Below, one piece after another: positions 9,753 to 21,181 of a stretch of 34,433 bases of DNA. Both the position numbers and the translations under genes were made by a program. The first letter of the stretch is position 1, and each line of letters starts with the position of its first letter. Source of the DNA: Rhizodiscina lignyota (Eukaryota); the NCBI GenBank assembly GCA_010015805.1, contig ML978130.1, forward strand, positions 1,302,001 through 1,336,433. Direction: 5' to 3'. The notes under the pieces were generated by a model. The model was not told the DNA's origin, searched no databases, and saw only the letters and a list, made by a program, of their open reading frames with translations.

Positions 9753-12700
9753 TCATTTCTTCAACAACCTGTCCGCTTCCTTCTGCGTGCATCCCAGGAC
9801 GTTGATGAGGTAGTCGAGCCTGTGGAAGGAAACAAATTAGAATAATTCTGGACCATAGTCAATGATTTAATGAGCACTCACTTCGTATTCATCCCAATCC
9901 TGCGCTTCACGCCTTCGAACCTCTCCTCAGCCTTCTTCCACGCCTCCTTTCTTCGCGTGGGATCGACGGTCTTCAAGCGTAGCTTAAACGTCCCGCTAAC
10001 GGGTCGATGATCGCTGGTGTGAACTTCCCATCGTCTGTACTCCAATTGCTTGATGCTCCCTACGCCTTTGTACAGCAGCCGGTCGCACCATGCGGGCGAG
10101 CGCTTCTTCTCGCTAGAGTCGTAGTTGTCTGTTCCGACGTCGTATTTGTATGTTGGGGCGAATGTGATCGGGCTCTCTGTGAAGGCTCTTAGTCGAAAGC
10201 CTGGGTTGCGCCGTCTCGAGAGGAGGAGTTGGTCGCGCTCAAGGAGCTTCGCGAGGTTATTCGACTTGACGGCGGAGATGACAGCGTCGCGCGGCATCGT
10301 GTCAATGCGGTAGTTCAGATCGCCATTGAGAATGCAAATCTCATGGTCGAGAATCATACTGCCATCGCCGCCAGAGACGAAGAGATCTGAGCGAGCATTG
10401 CCAGCCACGTTCAAGACTTTGCTCGGCAGGCAAACAGCCTCCATGATTGCCGCAATATCGTTATTCCGATGTACAGTCTGTGTCTGGCCCGCAGCAAGAT
10501 GGCAGTTGACGAAGCACACGCTCGAATCGTCTAGAATGAAGCGCACGATCAATGCGCCCTTGTTGCCGTGCAGTCCGCCCATGCCGAGCTTGACTTCTGC
10601 GGCGTTGACGTCGCGGATATTTTGACGGAGGGAGGATTTCACGAAGACACAGCTGAACAAGCCGATGAGGTTTGCGGTATGAAGGAGGACGTATGGTTCG
10701 TGAGGAATGTTGACGCGAATCTCCTGCTCGAGATGATCGCGCCATGCGCGGTACTGATGTGACATGTGCTCCTGCACAGAGCCGTCCATGAGAGTATCCT
10801 TCTTCTTGTTGCGCTTGAACAGGCTCTTTGCCGTGACGCTCTTCTTCTCCAGATCTACGAGCTCCTGGAAGCCAAAGACTAGTATGTCTGGCGGGTCTTT
10901 GCGAGAAATGAACAGATCCCGGAAGAAGTTGGAATCTTCTCTGGTGAGCCATGTAGGCTTGCTAGCGCCTGCATTCCAAGTCATGACCAGTGCTTCCATC
11001 TCGCGGAAGTCACAGAATTCGACGTCATGCGCGTGCATGTCGGCTTCAAGGCAGTCTTCTTGTAGCATGCCATCCCAGATACGTAACGAATTGTCGGTAC
11101 CGAGACTGGCGACCTGTAACCGGTCTAGTTTCCACAGACTCGTTCGGTCAACCACTATGCCAGCAATACGGTCTTCGTGGGCGTGCCAATCTTTCTTTAC
11201 GGTCCATGGAGACGTGGTTGTGTCGTAGACGTATATCTTGCCAGTGTTATAGCCGGCCCAGAGATAATCGCCCACTCCAACCAAAGTGCTGATCTTGTAG
11301 AGACTGACAGTGACTACGCCCAGACAGGCGTAGTCTTTAAGAGAATAGATTGTGACTTTACCGTCGTTATGACCAAAGTAGATGCGATCCGTTTGTCCAG
11401 ATACTGTGGATCCAGACGTAACCTCACCCACGCTAGGTTGCGCCAAAGGCTTTTGAGTCGCCTGGGAGAGACTTCCATTCTTCTCATCATACAGGTAGAC
11501 GCGGATGTCCTTTCCAGTCGCAAGCCAGAGCTTGTTACCAGTAAGCAGGGAGAAGGTATGACCTTTCTGAACATTGAACGACATCGGGCTGACTAAGAGG
11601 TTCGGCGAACCATCCGCGTCCGGAGACCAGACCAAAATTTTGCCATCGTCGTCCATGGTCCACATATTTGACGCATGCCTGTATATCTTTATGATCTCGC
11701 GTCGACCATGTGCATTTCGAGTATTCACGATCGTCTGACTCGGAATATCGACTTCGAAAAGTTCACCCATGTGGCTGCCCAGCCATATCCTCTTCCCCTC
11801 ATCTTCGACGTCTGTTGCGGGCTTGAATGCCATGGCCGTCATCTTCGTAGTTTCGCCGTCGTGCGACAAACTCATGAGGACTTCTCCAGTGGTGACGCTC
11901 CACGCGCGAGTGATGTAGCCTGACGTACAGGCAAAATCTCCACATATCGCGAAAAGCTTTGTATCGTACCTCGTTGGAATGTCGTACGGCGGATGCTTGA
12001 ATTGTGGTGGGCGCCGATTTGAGCGCGAAGAATCAGGATAGTCGGACAAGGAGGTGGTGGGAGGGTGCTTCTCGACGGGTGTGTTGGTACCATTTGTGCC
12101 ATCAACATCAGAGTCGTCTGTCGTCCAAGTGCGAGAGCGATCTTCTTGGATGACACGTTGTAGGTCAGTAGATTGCCTTAGTGGCGGCGCAGGAGCCCTT
12201 GATCGGATTTCTTCGAGCTCCGCTGTGGAAGTCGGCATAGTAGGTACTCGCTTAGGAGGCGGGGCAAATTGGGACGTTCCAGGAAGATGCGAACCAATTC
12301 GGAGACCAGCGTCCACAGATCTTCGAATAGGTAGTTCTGGAGCCATTTCCTCAGTCGCCGCATGCCGAGGAGGTAAGCCGGGTCGGCGCGCCGGCAGATC
12401 AACTTGTACTGGGACTTGTCTGGCCGATATGCGCTGTGCTGGTTGCTTCACCACTGACGATATCGATGGCGGAGGGAGAGGTTCATTTCGTCTCTTGGAC
12501 GACTGAGGTAGTTGTGATGAGGGAGATGTAGAGTACTCTTTGTGGGAGGGAACCGTTGGCTGGAATCTAGGCTTGAGCTCATTGCGGATTGGCGGCGGTG
12601 TCACTTCCGGTTCTGGAGAGCTTGGATCGCTGCTTGGAGGTGTACTGAAGGGAGAGACGCGCTCATCCGCAGATTCGTGCACCTTGTTAGGCTGCAATGA

Positions 12701-13498
12701 GTCGCTCACTTGGCGAGGAGCAGGTGCTGTATGAGGCTTGCTGAAAGCTTTTGGTTTCCCAGCGCGATTTACTGGCGGAGGTACATGTGGTGACGCAGTC
12801 GCTTTGTCGGGATCTATACTTGGAGGAGCAGCAGTAGCAGGCTTGAAGACTGGCGCTGGTGCATGCTTCGTTCCTGTGGCCGGCGACTCTGGCCTACTAG
12901 GTGCCTGTCGACGGATGTCTCGTGCAAAAGGAGAGGCCGAGCGCGATATACTCATCCGACCCTTCTCCTCTTGGTCCGGTAGCGCAAGGGGAGTTATTGG
13001 TCGATGTTGCATACTCTTCGGTGGTGAACGAGGAGACTCGATGGTGACAGCTGGCGGTGATCGTGGAGGGGACATCGGTCCCATAGATATAGGACGCGGC
13101 TTGGACGAGCTTCGCGACCGAGGCGCTGGTATTGCATTATCCCTTCCCCATAGTCTCTGCGCCTGTAGTTGACCCTCGCGCGCCGGTGATTCTCTTCTCG
13201 GCATAGGCCGTGGCACATCTAACGAGAACCTCCCATCTGGGCGCGACCGTGACGCTTCCTGTCCGTCCGCAACAAATGAGGCTTTTGGCGAGGGCTGTTT
13301 CGGCGTGACTGGGCTTGGACCGTTTGTAGGAGAGGAATCCTTCCTCGACGCTAGCATGCTCTCAAAGTGACTTCGCAGAGAGGAAACCGGTCGCTGCATG
13401 ACAAGTCAGCCAGATGCCTCAACTCGATGCGCTCAGCGATGGAGGTTAATACTCACGATGGAAGTGTCATCCGTATTGTCCTCCACATTGTTCTCCAT
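9753..13498 (-). CDS. Inositol polyphosphate 5-phosphatase with proline-rich N-terminus and WD40-like beta-propeller region (~1206 aa), 3 exons
   Basis: Exons 13498-13457 (MENNVEDNTDDTSI), 13393-9882 and 9819-9753 (LDYLINVLGCTQKEADRLLKK*). 5-phosphatase motifs TWNAG, FGFQE, GNKGA, CHLAAG, GDLNYR, PTYKYD, PAWCDRLL. WD-like repeats lie upstream of the catalytic domain. Confidence 0.95.
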
Positions 13499-14051
13499 CT
13501 TTGCTGACGCCAGCTAGGCTTAATGGCCAGATATTGTGTGGTGTACGAGAGATCCTACAGAGCCAGAGCCACGGGCATGGACTGAGGCATGACAACATCC
13601 GGCTGTGCAATTGATGGCACCCACGGCGCCGCCTAGTGCGTCTTCTCTTTCTTGCGCGTCGCGAAGATAGTAGTTCCACGGGCTCTGAGGGACTTCCGCA
13701 TTCCAGGAGAAATGCGAGTTTCAAATATGGGCAACCTGGAGTTGCACGCTAGCGATCGTTTGACGTTCTGATGGCTGCTGTTCTGTATCCACAGAGAGCT
13801 GGACGGGTCGTTTGAGTACCGCGACCGGTAGAAATGTTGGGTAGGGCTTCGTTTATTTATTTAATCGGCGGAGAGTTGTTGCTGGAGAAGCTCAAGCTGC
13901 CGTGGTTGGGCGGTGGATGATGGACACGCCTCTCCCGCATCTGCTCCGCAGGTCGCTCTCAGCCCTGCGTCGTCTCGTCTACCAACGGCAGCGCGCGCGT
14001 CGTCTCAACTCACTATATTCCCCGAGCACACAGTACACATCGAAATTAAAC

Positions 14052-14574
14052 ATGTGGTATGCCTGATATTATCTAATTATCCTGTCTCATTCAAATGCTC
14101 ACTCCTCGCACAGCAAGCACATCCTCAACGCGCAAGTCGCGATCTTCTCGCCGTGCTGTACGTCCCTCGCATCCTCCCTTTAAAATATTACACGACGCGT
14201 GCTCTCTCGCATGGCCTCCTTCGCGGGACTAGATACTCACTGTATCAGGTCGGAAATTCTTTGACTGCCCCGACTGTCACCGCGAGACCCAAGACCACGC
14301 TATCCAGAGGTCGTCCGACATTAATTTACTATGCAAAAAGTGCAAGAGGGCCTTCCGCAAGGATGCTCAGGATGAGGACTGGGACGAAGCGGACGAGCAC
14401 TGTCCATACTGTGACAACCACTATGTTCTCGAAGCTCTGACGCCGAAGCCGTCGCTGCAGGTTGAGGGAGAGGATGTGAGGATAGACTCCCGGATGCTGA
14501 AGGACGATAGGGTTAGAAGAGACGAGGAACGCAGCATATTCAATGTAAAAGATGATGGGGACAGGCTTGGTTGA
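14052..14574 (+). CDS. CHY zinc-finger protein (124 aa), 3 exons
   Basis: Not in the ORF track. Exons 14052-14056 (ATGTG), 14114-14157, 14249-14574. Translation: MCKHILNAQVAIFSPCCRKFFDCPDCHRETQDH...LCKKCKRAFRKD...HCPYCDNHYVLEALTPKPSLQVEGEDVRIDSRMLKDDRVR..., the CHY-type Cys/His pattern. Confidence 0.9.
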
Positions 14575-14858
14575 TTGATGAAACGAGGACAGGAAAATAA
14601 ATATCAAGGAGTGCGTGTTGCATAGCTGGAAGCTCGGATGCTTGTTATACCAAGCTAGACAGCGCTACTTGATCGAAAAGGCACTTGTTCGCGGAGCGCG
14701 CGTTCGATTTGTTTCAGAGTCATAGCAGCGGAACCTCGACATATTTGAAGTTGCAAACACATCTATTTTCGGGGTTAAAAACGCCGATGATGCAGCCGTC
14801 TGGTATTATACATCGCAGAGGACCTTAACGCCACGCTATTCTTCCATGCTCAAAACCC

Positions 14859-15862
14859 CTACTCAGGCGCAGCGGGACCATCACCAGAGTCTCCACCTGC
14901 TTCGCCTGCTGGGCGTGCAGGTAGCGTTGCAGCAGTGCCGGCACCTGGTCCACGACCTGGTCTTCTTGTTGCAGCCTCCTCTTGCTTCTCCGTATTGATG
15001 CTCTCCACGAACTTCTCGATGTCTTCCACTGGCAGCATCTCCAGAAGCTTGCCAGGAGCCACAACCGCAATTTCGATGTTCTTCGCGCCCGTTTGCACAA
15101 CCTCCAGAAGTGACTTGACCGTCAACTTGATCGTCTCTTCCCTGTCCATGTCGTCCTTGTGGTTACGTTCTAAGAATTCACGGACGGTCTTGCTCGAGCG
15201 GCCGATAGCATTCGCTTTCCTATTCAGGTATTAGTAATTGCAAAGGTACGTACGTGTCAAGAACAGCCAACCATGCAGAGTAGATACCACTTGGCTCCGT
15301 CTGATACAGTCTCGGGACCTTGTCATTCGGGTCGAAGCCCACAATCAGTGTGCTGATTCCGAACGGCCGCACACCTCCTGACTGAGTGTACCGCTGTTGT
15401 ACACCTGCCACGTATTTTGTGATGTACTCTATCGACACAGGATCCTCCACCGTCAACCTGTGGCTCTGCGCTTCTAACCTAGCCTTATCGACGAGAATAC
15501 GAGCATCGGCGTTGAGGCCGGCGAATGCGAGGGCGACATGGTTATCGACGAGGCAGATCTTCGAGGGTGTGATTCGGGTATCTTGGAGCTTCATCGCAGA
15601 GCGCTTCTCACAGCCGAGCACAACAATGTCTTTTCCTTTTACGCCAACGGCGCATGTTCCTGAATGTCCGTATCAGTGATGATTGTTAGGAGCGTGACAG
15701 CTACATTTCACACCTCTCTTTACAGCTTCGAGTGCATATTCGACTTGGAAGACGTGACCATCGGGGGAGAAGACTATAAGTGTGCCTCATTAGCTACCGC
15801 AAATGATCTTTTAAAGCTCTACAAAGCTTACCGGACAGAGCGCGATCGTAGCCTGACGCCAT
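14859..15862 (-). CDS. PRE6: 20S proteasome subunit alpha4 (alpha type-7; ~279 aa), 4 exons
   Basis: Exons 15862-15832, 15773-15714, 15659-15272, 15219-14859. [90 protein letters not shown]. Confidence 0.97.
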
Positions 15863-16045
15863 GGTGGAGGTTAAGAAGGGCTATTGAGAGGATTTGAAAA
15901 GAAATTCAGAAAGTAGAAAGGTATCAAGCGGGTGTTGCGGTGGTTGATACGTGAGAGCTCGCATTCAGGCTTGGAGCTGTTGCGCGTTACGATCTGCCTG
16001 GAGGTGGTAGTCTTGGCACGCTAGTGGCTTTAAATACGATTCTAA

Positions 16046-16373
16046 GGCCCTGTTTGGCAATGGACTCATGCTTTTCGAATTATATTTTAGTTACAACGCG
16101 AATGTATGCCGATATTAGCTATAAGGACAATTCGGATTCTGAATTCCGAATTAGCTCCTAAACCCTCATAATCCGGAATGTAGAATTGAGAGGCTCCTTA
16201 GTTAGTAGGCCAATATCGGGACTCCATAGGCAAAATCATTCAGAGTTCACAAATTCAAGATTTCAACGCAATTAGTAGTTGAAGAACAGTGATCTAATAA
16301 GAATCTATCAAAGCCTAATAAGTCGTCCTGCAATTCGGGATTCTGGACTAGATTTCCGTGGCCAAACAGGCCC
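16046..16373. mobile_element. Non-autonomous PIF/Harbinger-type (Tourist-like) MITE, 328 bp
   Basis: Left end GGCCCTGTTTGGCAATGGA; right end reverse-complemented GGGCCTGTTTGGCCACGGA (16/19 identical). TAA flanks both sides (16043-16045, 16374-16376). The interior is AT-rich and has no ORF in the track. Confidence 0.85.
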
Positions 16374-16527
16374 TAAATTTGAGCTTGCGGGAGCTTGGAC
16401 CTCGGATGATCTGCCGCCGCTTTGATACATGACGGAAGTGCCTCCATAAAGCCTATAAGCCATTTCCTTCAGTTTGTATATATCTCCAGATCTGATATCC
16501 CTATATTCTCGTGTGGTGTGAGTGGCA

Positions 16528-18312
16528 ATGGCTTCCTCGTCTCGTGTGCTGCCCGCCTTGCGGCGAGCGCAGCGAGTTTCTTGTCAAATTCGACCCGCGT
16601 GGGCATCACGAGTTCAAGCACAGAAGAGATGGGTTGGTGGCACTTCAGCAACGTCCGAGCCAAAGCAGCCAGATGCGGAGGGCGGTACGAAAGGAAAGAC
16701 AGCACCTGCAAATACTATCAAATTTACTTCAGAATCGTCAGTTCCCGGAGACACACCTCACTTCAGTATCGCTCATAGTTGTCCAGTTATCCAGAGCTTA
16801 AGCGGAACTCCAAATTCGCAGAGTTGACGCCAGAACATGTCGAATACTTCCAATCACTACTTGGCTCAGAATCTGCCATCATCGATAATACCTCATCCGC
16901 CGCTGAAGACGATGTCGAACCTTTCAATAGCGATTGGATGCGAAAATACCGCGGCCACACCAAACTCGTCCTCAAGCCCGAATCGACAGAACAAACATCG
17001 AAGATCCTCAAATACTGTAACGACAACATGCTTGCGGTGGTTCCACAAGGTGGCAATACTGGCCTGGTCGGAGGTAGCGTACCGGTCTTCGACGAGATTG
17101 TAATCAATCTATCGCGGATGAACAAAATTAGGAGCTTTGACGACATTTCTGGTATACTGGTTGCGGATGCAGGCGTCATCTTGGAAATAGCGGATAACTT
17201 CTTGGCCGAGAAGAATCACATATTCCCGCTGGACTTGGGCGCAAAAGGATCTTGTCAGATTGGAGGAAACGTAGCGACCAATGCGGGTGGGTTGCGGCTA
17301 TTAAGATATGGAAGCCTTCACGGCAATGTATTGGGTATAGAAGCGGTATTACCGGATGGAACCATCGTAGACGACCTTTCCAAGTTACGGAAGAATAACA
17401 CCGGGTACGACCTCAAGCATCTCTTCATAGGCGGTGAGGGCACAATAGGGATAATCACAGCCATCTCAATCCTCTGCCCACAACGATCACAAGCCGTCAA
17501 CGTAGCATATTTTGGTCTGGAAAGTTTCGAGAAAGTGCAAGAAGCATTCAAAGAAGCCAAAGGCCAACTATCCGAGATTCTGTCTGCATTCGAGATGATG
17601 GATGGAGAATCACAGATATTGTGGAAAAAGGCGAAGAACAGCAAACTACCACTGGAAGGTGAATATCCATTCTACTGCCTCATCGAAACGAGCGGCTCAA
17701 ACACCGAGCATGACAGCGAGAAGCTGCAAAGCTTCTTGGAGCACGTAATGGATCGCTCCATTGTTTCCGATGGTGTTGTGGCAGAGAACCAAACGCAAGC
17801 AGCATCATTATGGTCATGTCGAGAAGGTGTACCGGAAGCATCGCAGCACTGGGGAGGCGTCTACAAATATGACGTCTCCCTCCCCATCGCTGAGATGTAT
17901 CAACTCGTCATCGACTGCAGGAAACACCTTTCCGACAAAGGGCTAATCGGCGATGAAGATAGCTTCCCAATCATCGATGCAGTTGGTTACGGACATATGG
18001 GTGACGCCAACCTGCATCTGAATGTCTGTGTGAGACGATACGATAAAGCTGTCGAGAAGGCACTGGAGCCGTGGGTGTACCAGTGGATTGCGAAGAGGAA
18101 TGGCAGCATCAGCGCGGAGCATGGGCTGGGCATTGCGAAGGCTCCATTTGTGGGGTATAGCAAGAATGCAACGCTAATCAAACTCATGAAGCAAATTAAG
18201 GATTTGTACGATCCGGTAAGTTGCATCTTTGCATGATTGATTATGTGAAGGTTCGTGCTAACTGAGTTGATAGAATGGAATCATGAATCCGTACAAGTAT
18301 ATAGGGGTATGA
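16528..18312 (+). CDS. DLD2: Mitochondrial FAD-linked D-lactate/D-2-hydroxyglutarate dehydrogenase (~558 aa), 3 exons
   Basis: Exons 16528-16736, 16787-18215, 18274-18312. Arg/Ser-rich presequence. Motifs VPQGGNTGLVGGSVPVFDEIV, DLGAKGSCQIGGNVATNAGG, GHMGDANLH, GSISAEHGLG, DPNGIMNPYKY. Confidence 0.93.
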
Positions 18313-18696
18313 TATGTGAGCGAGCAGTTCTGGGGCCGATGACGCTGTTTTGACTTCTAGTTTCATTCCTTGGCCTTCCTTCCTTCCCTTTTTCAGAATT
18401 CGGGCAGCTAGTTTATACAGCGTTGTGTCCAGTCTCTAAGAGGACATCCTAGGGAGCCATGCAAAGAGTGTCAATCAAAACAACAACATGACATACAAAG
18501 AACAATTGAAACGTCGTTACCCGCCACAAATGGCAAATATTGCTATTCTTCAACACCGTTTTGTTCACACAATGGAGGCCATATGTTTCACCTCTCTTTC
18601 TGTTTGCCGCACTGATATTTAAGGACTTGCATCTCCAGCCTCAGCTAACTCTACACCCTCCGGTAATATTATTTGAGCTTCACTAAGGGTGCACAT

Positions 18697-20851
18697 ATGG
18701 CAGATCAACACGTCATGGATGCCTACAAGATAATTGACCTCACTAATTTTGGATCGCCATCAGAAAGTGAGGATTCTGCTGGACCAGGCCCTGAACCAAT
18801 CACCACGAATGTCTCCGAGGGAATTGACCTCGCCACGTCCGAACTGTCACCGGAACGACAGCGTGCTATCTTCCCAGCCCATCTAAACGAGCATGAACAC
18901 CACGGTGCTGGACTGAAACCCGAACATGCGTACCGCACGAATTTCCAAGATGCCGCGCTGGACCACCAGTACCGAGTCGATCGCAATAATAAACTAAATG
19001 AACAGAAGACTGAGGCGTGGGAGAGCATCTGTAACGCTGTGGAGCAATACACGAATCTCGCAGACAATGAACTTGATGAGGATCCCAAGACCAATATTTG
19101 GAAAGGCGTACAGACGGCGGTCGAGCAGTATACGAACATTAAGCACGAAGAGGTGTATGCGGGGATTGAGGACGTAATCGACCATGCTATCCTCAAGACT
19201 CTTGATGAAACCCGTGCTTATGACAAAAAAGAGATGAAGAAGTTTATGTAAGTATCCTCATTTTCTTTTAGTCGTAGGGAATAATCGGATGTACTGATTT
19301 ATCGAAAGCTCTGAAACAGTGCGATCTGTAGCTACAGAGATCCAGGCAAAAGTTGATTCAAAGTAAGTCGTGCTGAAAGAAACACAATTGGACGATGGCT
19401 AATAATTACGAGCAGCGCGGCCACAATATGCTCTGACATCGAGCGCAATGCGAAGACAAATGTAGAAAATACTGCTCGCGATAGAGGAGTGGTAAAGCAG
19501 TTTATGTGAGTAATGTCATTGTCTCTGGCCGCACCGGGAGTAGTAAGACTTACTGATGTATGGACAGCCAAAACACGGTGCAATATGTGGCTAGAAATGC
19601 CGTGTAGGTAACGCCAAAAGAAATGTGACTGGAACGATGACTAATGGATTATGAGTAGAAATGACGCAATAAGCTCCATCGGATCGAACTTCGCTGTAGC
19701 AGTCTCCAGTTCTCGAGCTTCTCGTGCTCAGTCTCAAGCTCAGGCTGCTCATCCTCAAACTGGGCATCCTCAGATCGCTCACCCTCAGGCTGCCCATCAC
19801 CAAACCGGCTATCCTCAGGCTGCTCATGGTCAAACTGCTCATGGTCAAGCTACTCATGGTCAAGCTGCTTACCCTCAAGCTGGTCAGGTTCAAGAAGCTC
19901 ATGCTCAAGCTTTTCGCCCTCAGACCGCTCATCTTCAGGCTATCCATCCTCAAACCAGTCATGCCCAAGTTGGTCAGGCACACACTACTCAAGCCCAAGC
20001 TGGTCAGGCCCAAGTTGCTCATGCTCATGCTCATGACCAAACTCATCCTCAGAATACATATTATCATACTGTTCACGGACCGGGTATGTAGCCAGGCAGG
20101 TACAACTTTTATGTATCATAAGCACAATATTCTATCATTTTCAATAAGACGCAACAGTACTCGATTTAATATTACGCACAAGATTCAACTTACTGCTAAC
20201 GTATACCGCATAATGGCAGTTGATCACCCGACCGGGACTGGAGCGCCGGGAAGATTGGCCGACACACTAGCTCCCTTCCAACGTAGAGCCAAAAGCCAAC
20301 AAATCGACGGTGATGAAGATGTTGAAATGGGCGAAGATCAGATGGACGTAGACAATAAGTATGCCGGGGGAGGAAGAGTCGAAAGCGGAGCTCCACCCGC
20401 TGCAGGCGCTTCGGACCACATCTTGACCTTTGGCAGTCGTCCGAATAAGGATGTGAACGAAGCTCTATGGAACTCCTATCCTGGGAATATGACCGATTTT
20501 TCAGAAGGATGCAAGGGCTGTCGATCCAAGAGAGAAGGCCTGGAGAATACAGATATCTTGGTGGAATGTGGAGGCAGCTGTGGCTTCATCTGGCACCAGT
20601 CCTGCGTCTGTCCTCCAATCAAAGAATCTGAAACTGAAATCTCCGAAAGCGGCCGGATGAAGCACGGATGGCAAAACTGGTGGTGCGAGCGCTATGAGTG
20701 CAACGCTTCCTCAAAAACCATCAGCAGCGATAGCGAGCACACTTCGCCACCAGAGAGCAGGCCGGTACTCCTCCGGAATAGATGGCTAAGAGACGACGCG
20801 AGACCTTTCTCCACTTACAGAATGGACAATGCTGGCTGCTCCAGCCGCTGA
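18697..20851 (+). CDS. Uncharacterised protein with internal repeats, Q/A/H pentapeptide tract and C-terminal PHD-like zinc finger (~595 aa); termini uncertain
   Basis: Exons 18697-19247, 19309-19362, 19416-19505, 19568-19603, 19659-20083, 20220-20851. All five GT-AG introns splice in frame and have branch-like CTRAY motifs. Finger: CKGC-x13-CGGSC-x4-HQSC...WWCERYEC. A coding-like frame continues at about 20790-21050 in another phase. Confidence 0.65.
19741..20052 (+). repeat. Coding 15-bp minisatellite (~20 degenerate units)
   Basis: Units such as CAGGCTGCTCATCCT, CAAACTGCTCATGGT and CAAGCTGGTCAGGCC encode Q-[AT]-[AG]-H-[PG] pentapeptides. Confidence 0.9.
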
Positions 20852-21181
20852 TGGCGAGCATGGGAGATGGGTGTTGGATCCAAGCAAGACGTGGCCAACG
20901 CCTCTATCAGTCCCACCTGCAGGGAGAAAGCGAAAGGAGAGATCTCCGTCAAGTCCACTCTCTGATCCCCCTTCGCATTTGGAGAATGAAGAGCATGAGG
21001 AAGATGCTGCTAGAGCGCACCACAAACGGCAGAAGGAAAGGGAGGAGTGATTCAAATTCTTCTGGAATCACGTACGCTGTGCACGGAAGAATGACAACTC
21101 ATCAGCTGCCTGTAGCTCAAATAAACAGTGCTTAACTTGTCTTGAATATAGGTACTTCGTACTTTGAAAAGTTCTGCTACT

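Noticed and set aside
13913..14440. 175-aa plus-strand ORF
   Set aside because: It has a GTG start, reads through the CHY gene's introns in the wrong frame and shows no motifs.
19724..20219. Leu/Lys-rich N-terminal half of the 375-aa ORF, and the antisense 161-aa Ser/Leu/Met ORF (19591-20076)
   Set aside because: Both are alternative-frame read-outs of the 15-bp minisatellite. Splice phases place the real frame on the Q/A/H reading.
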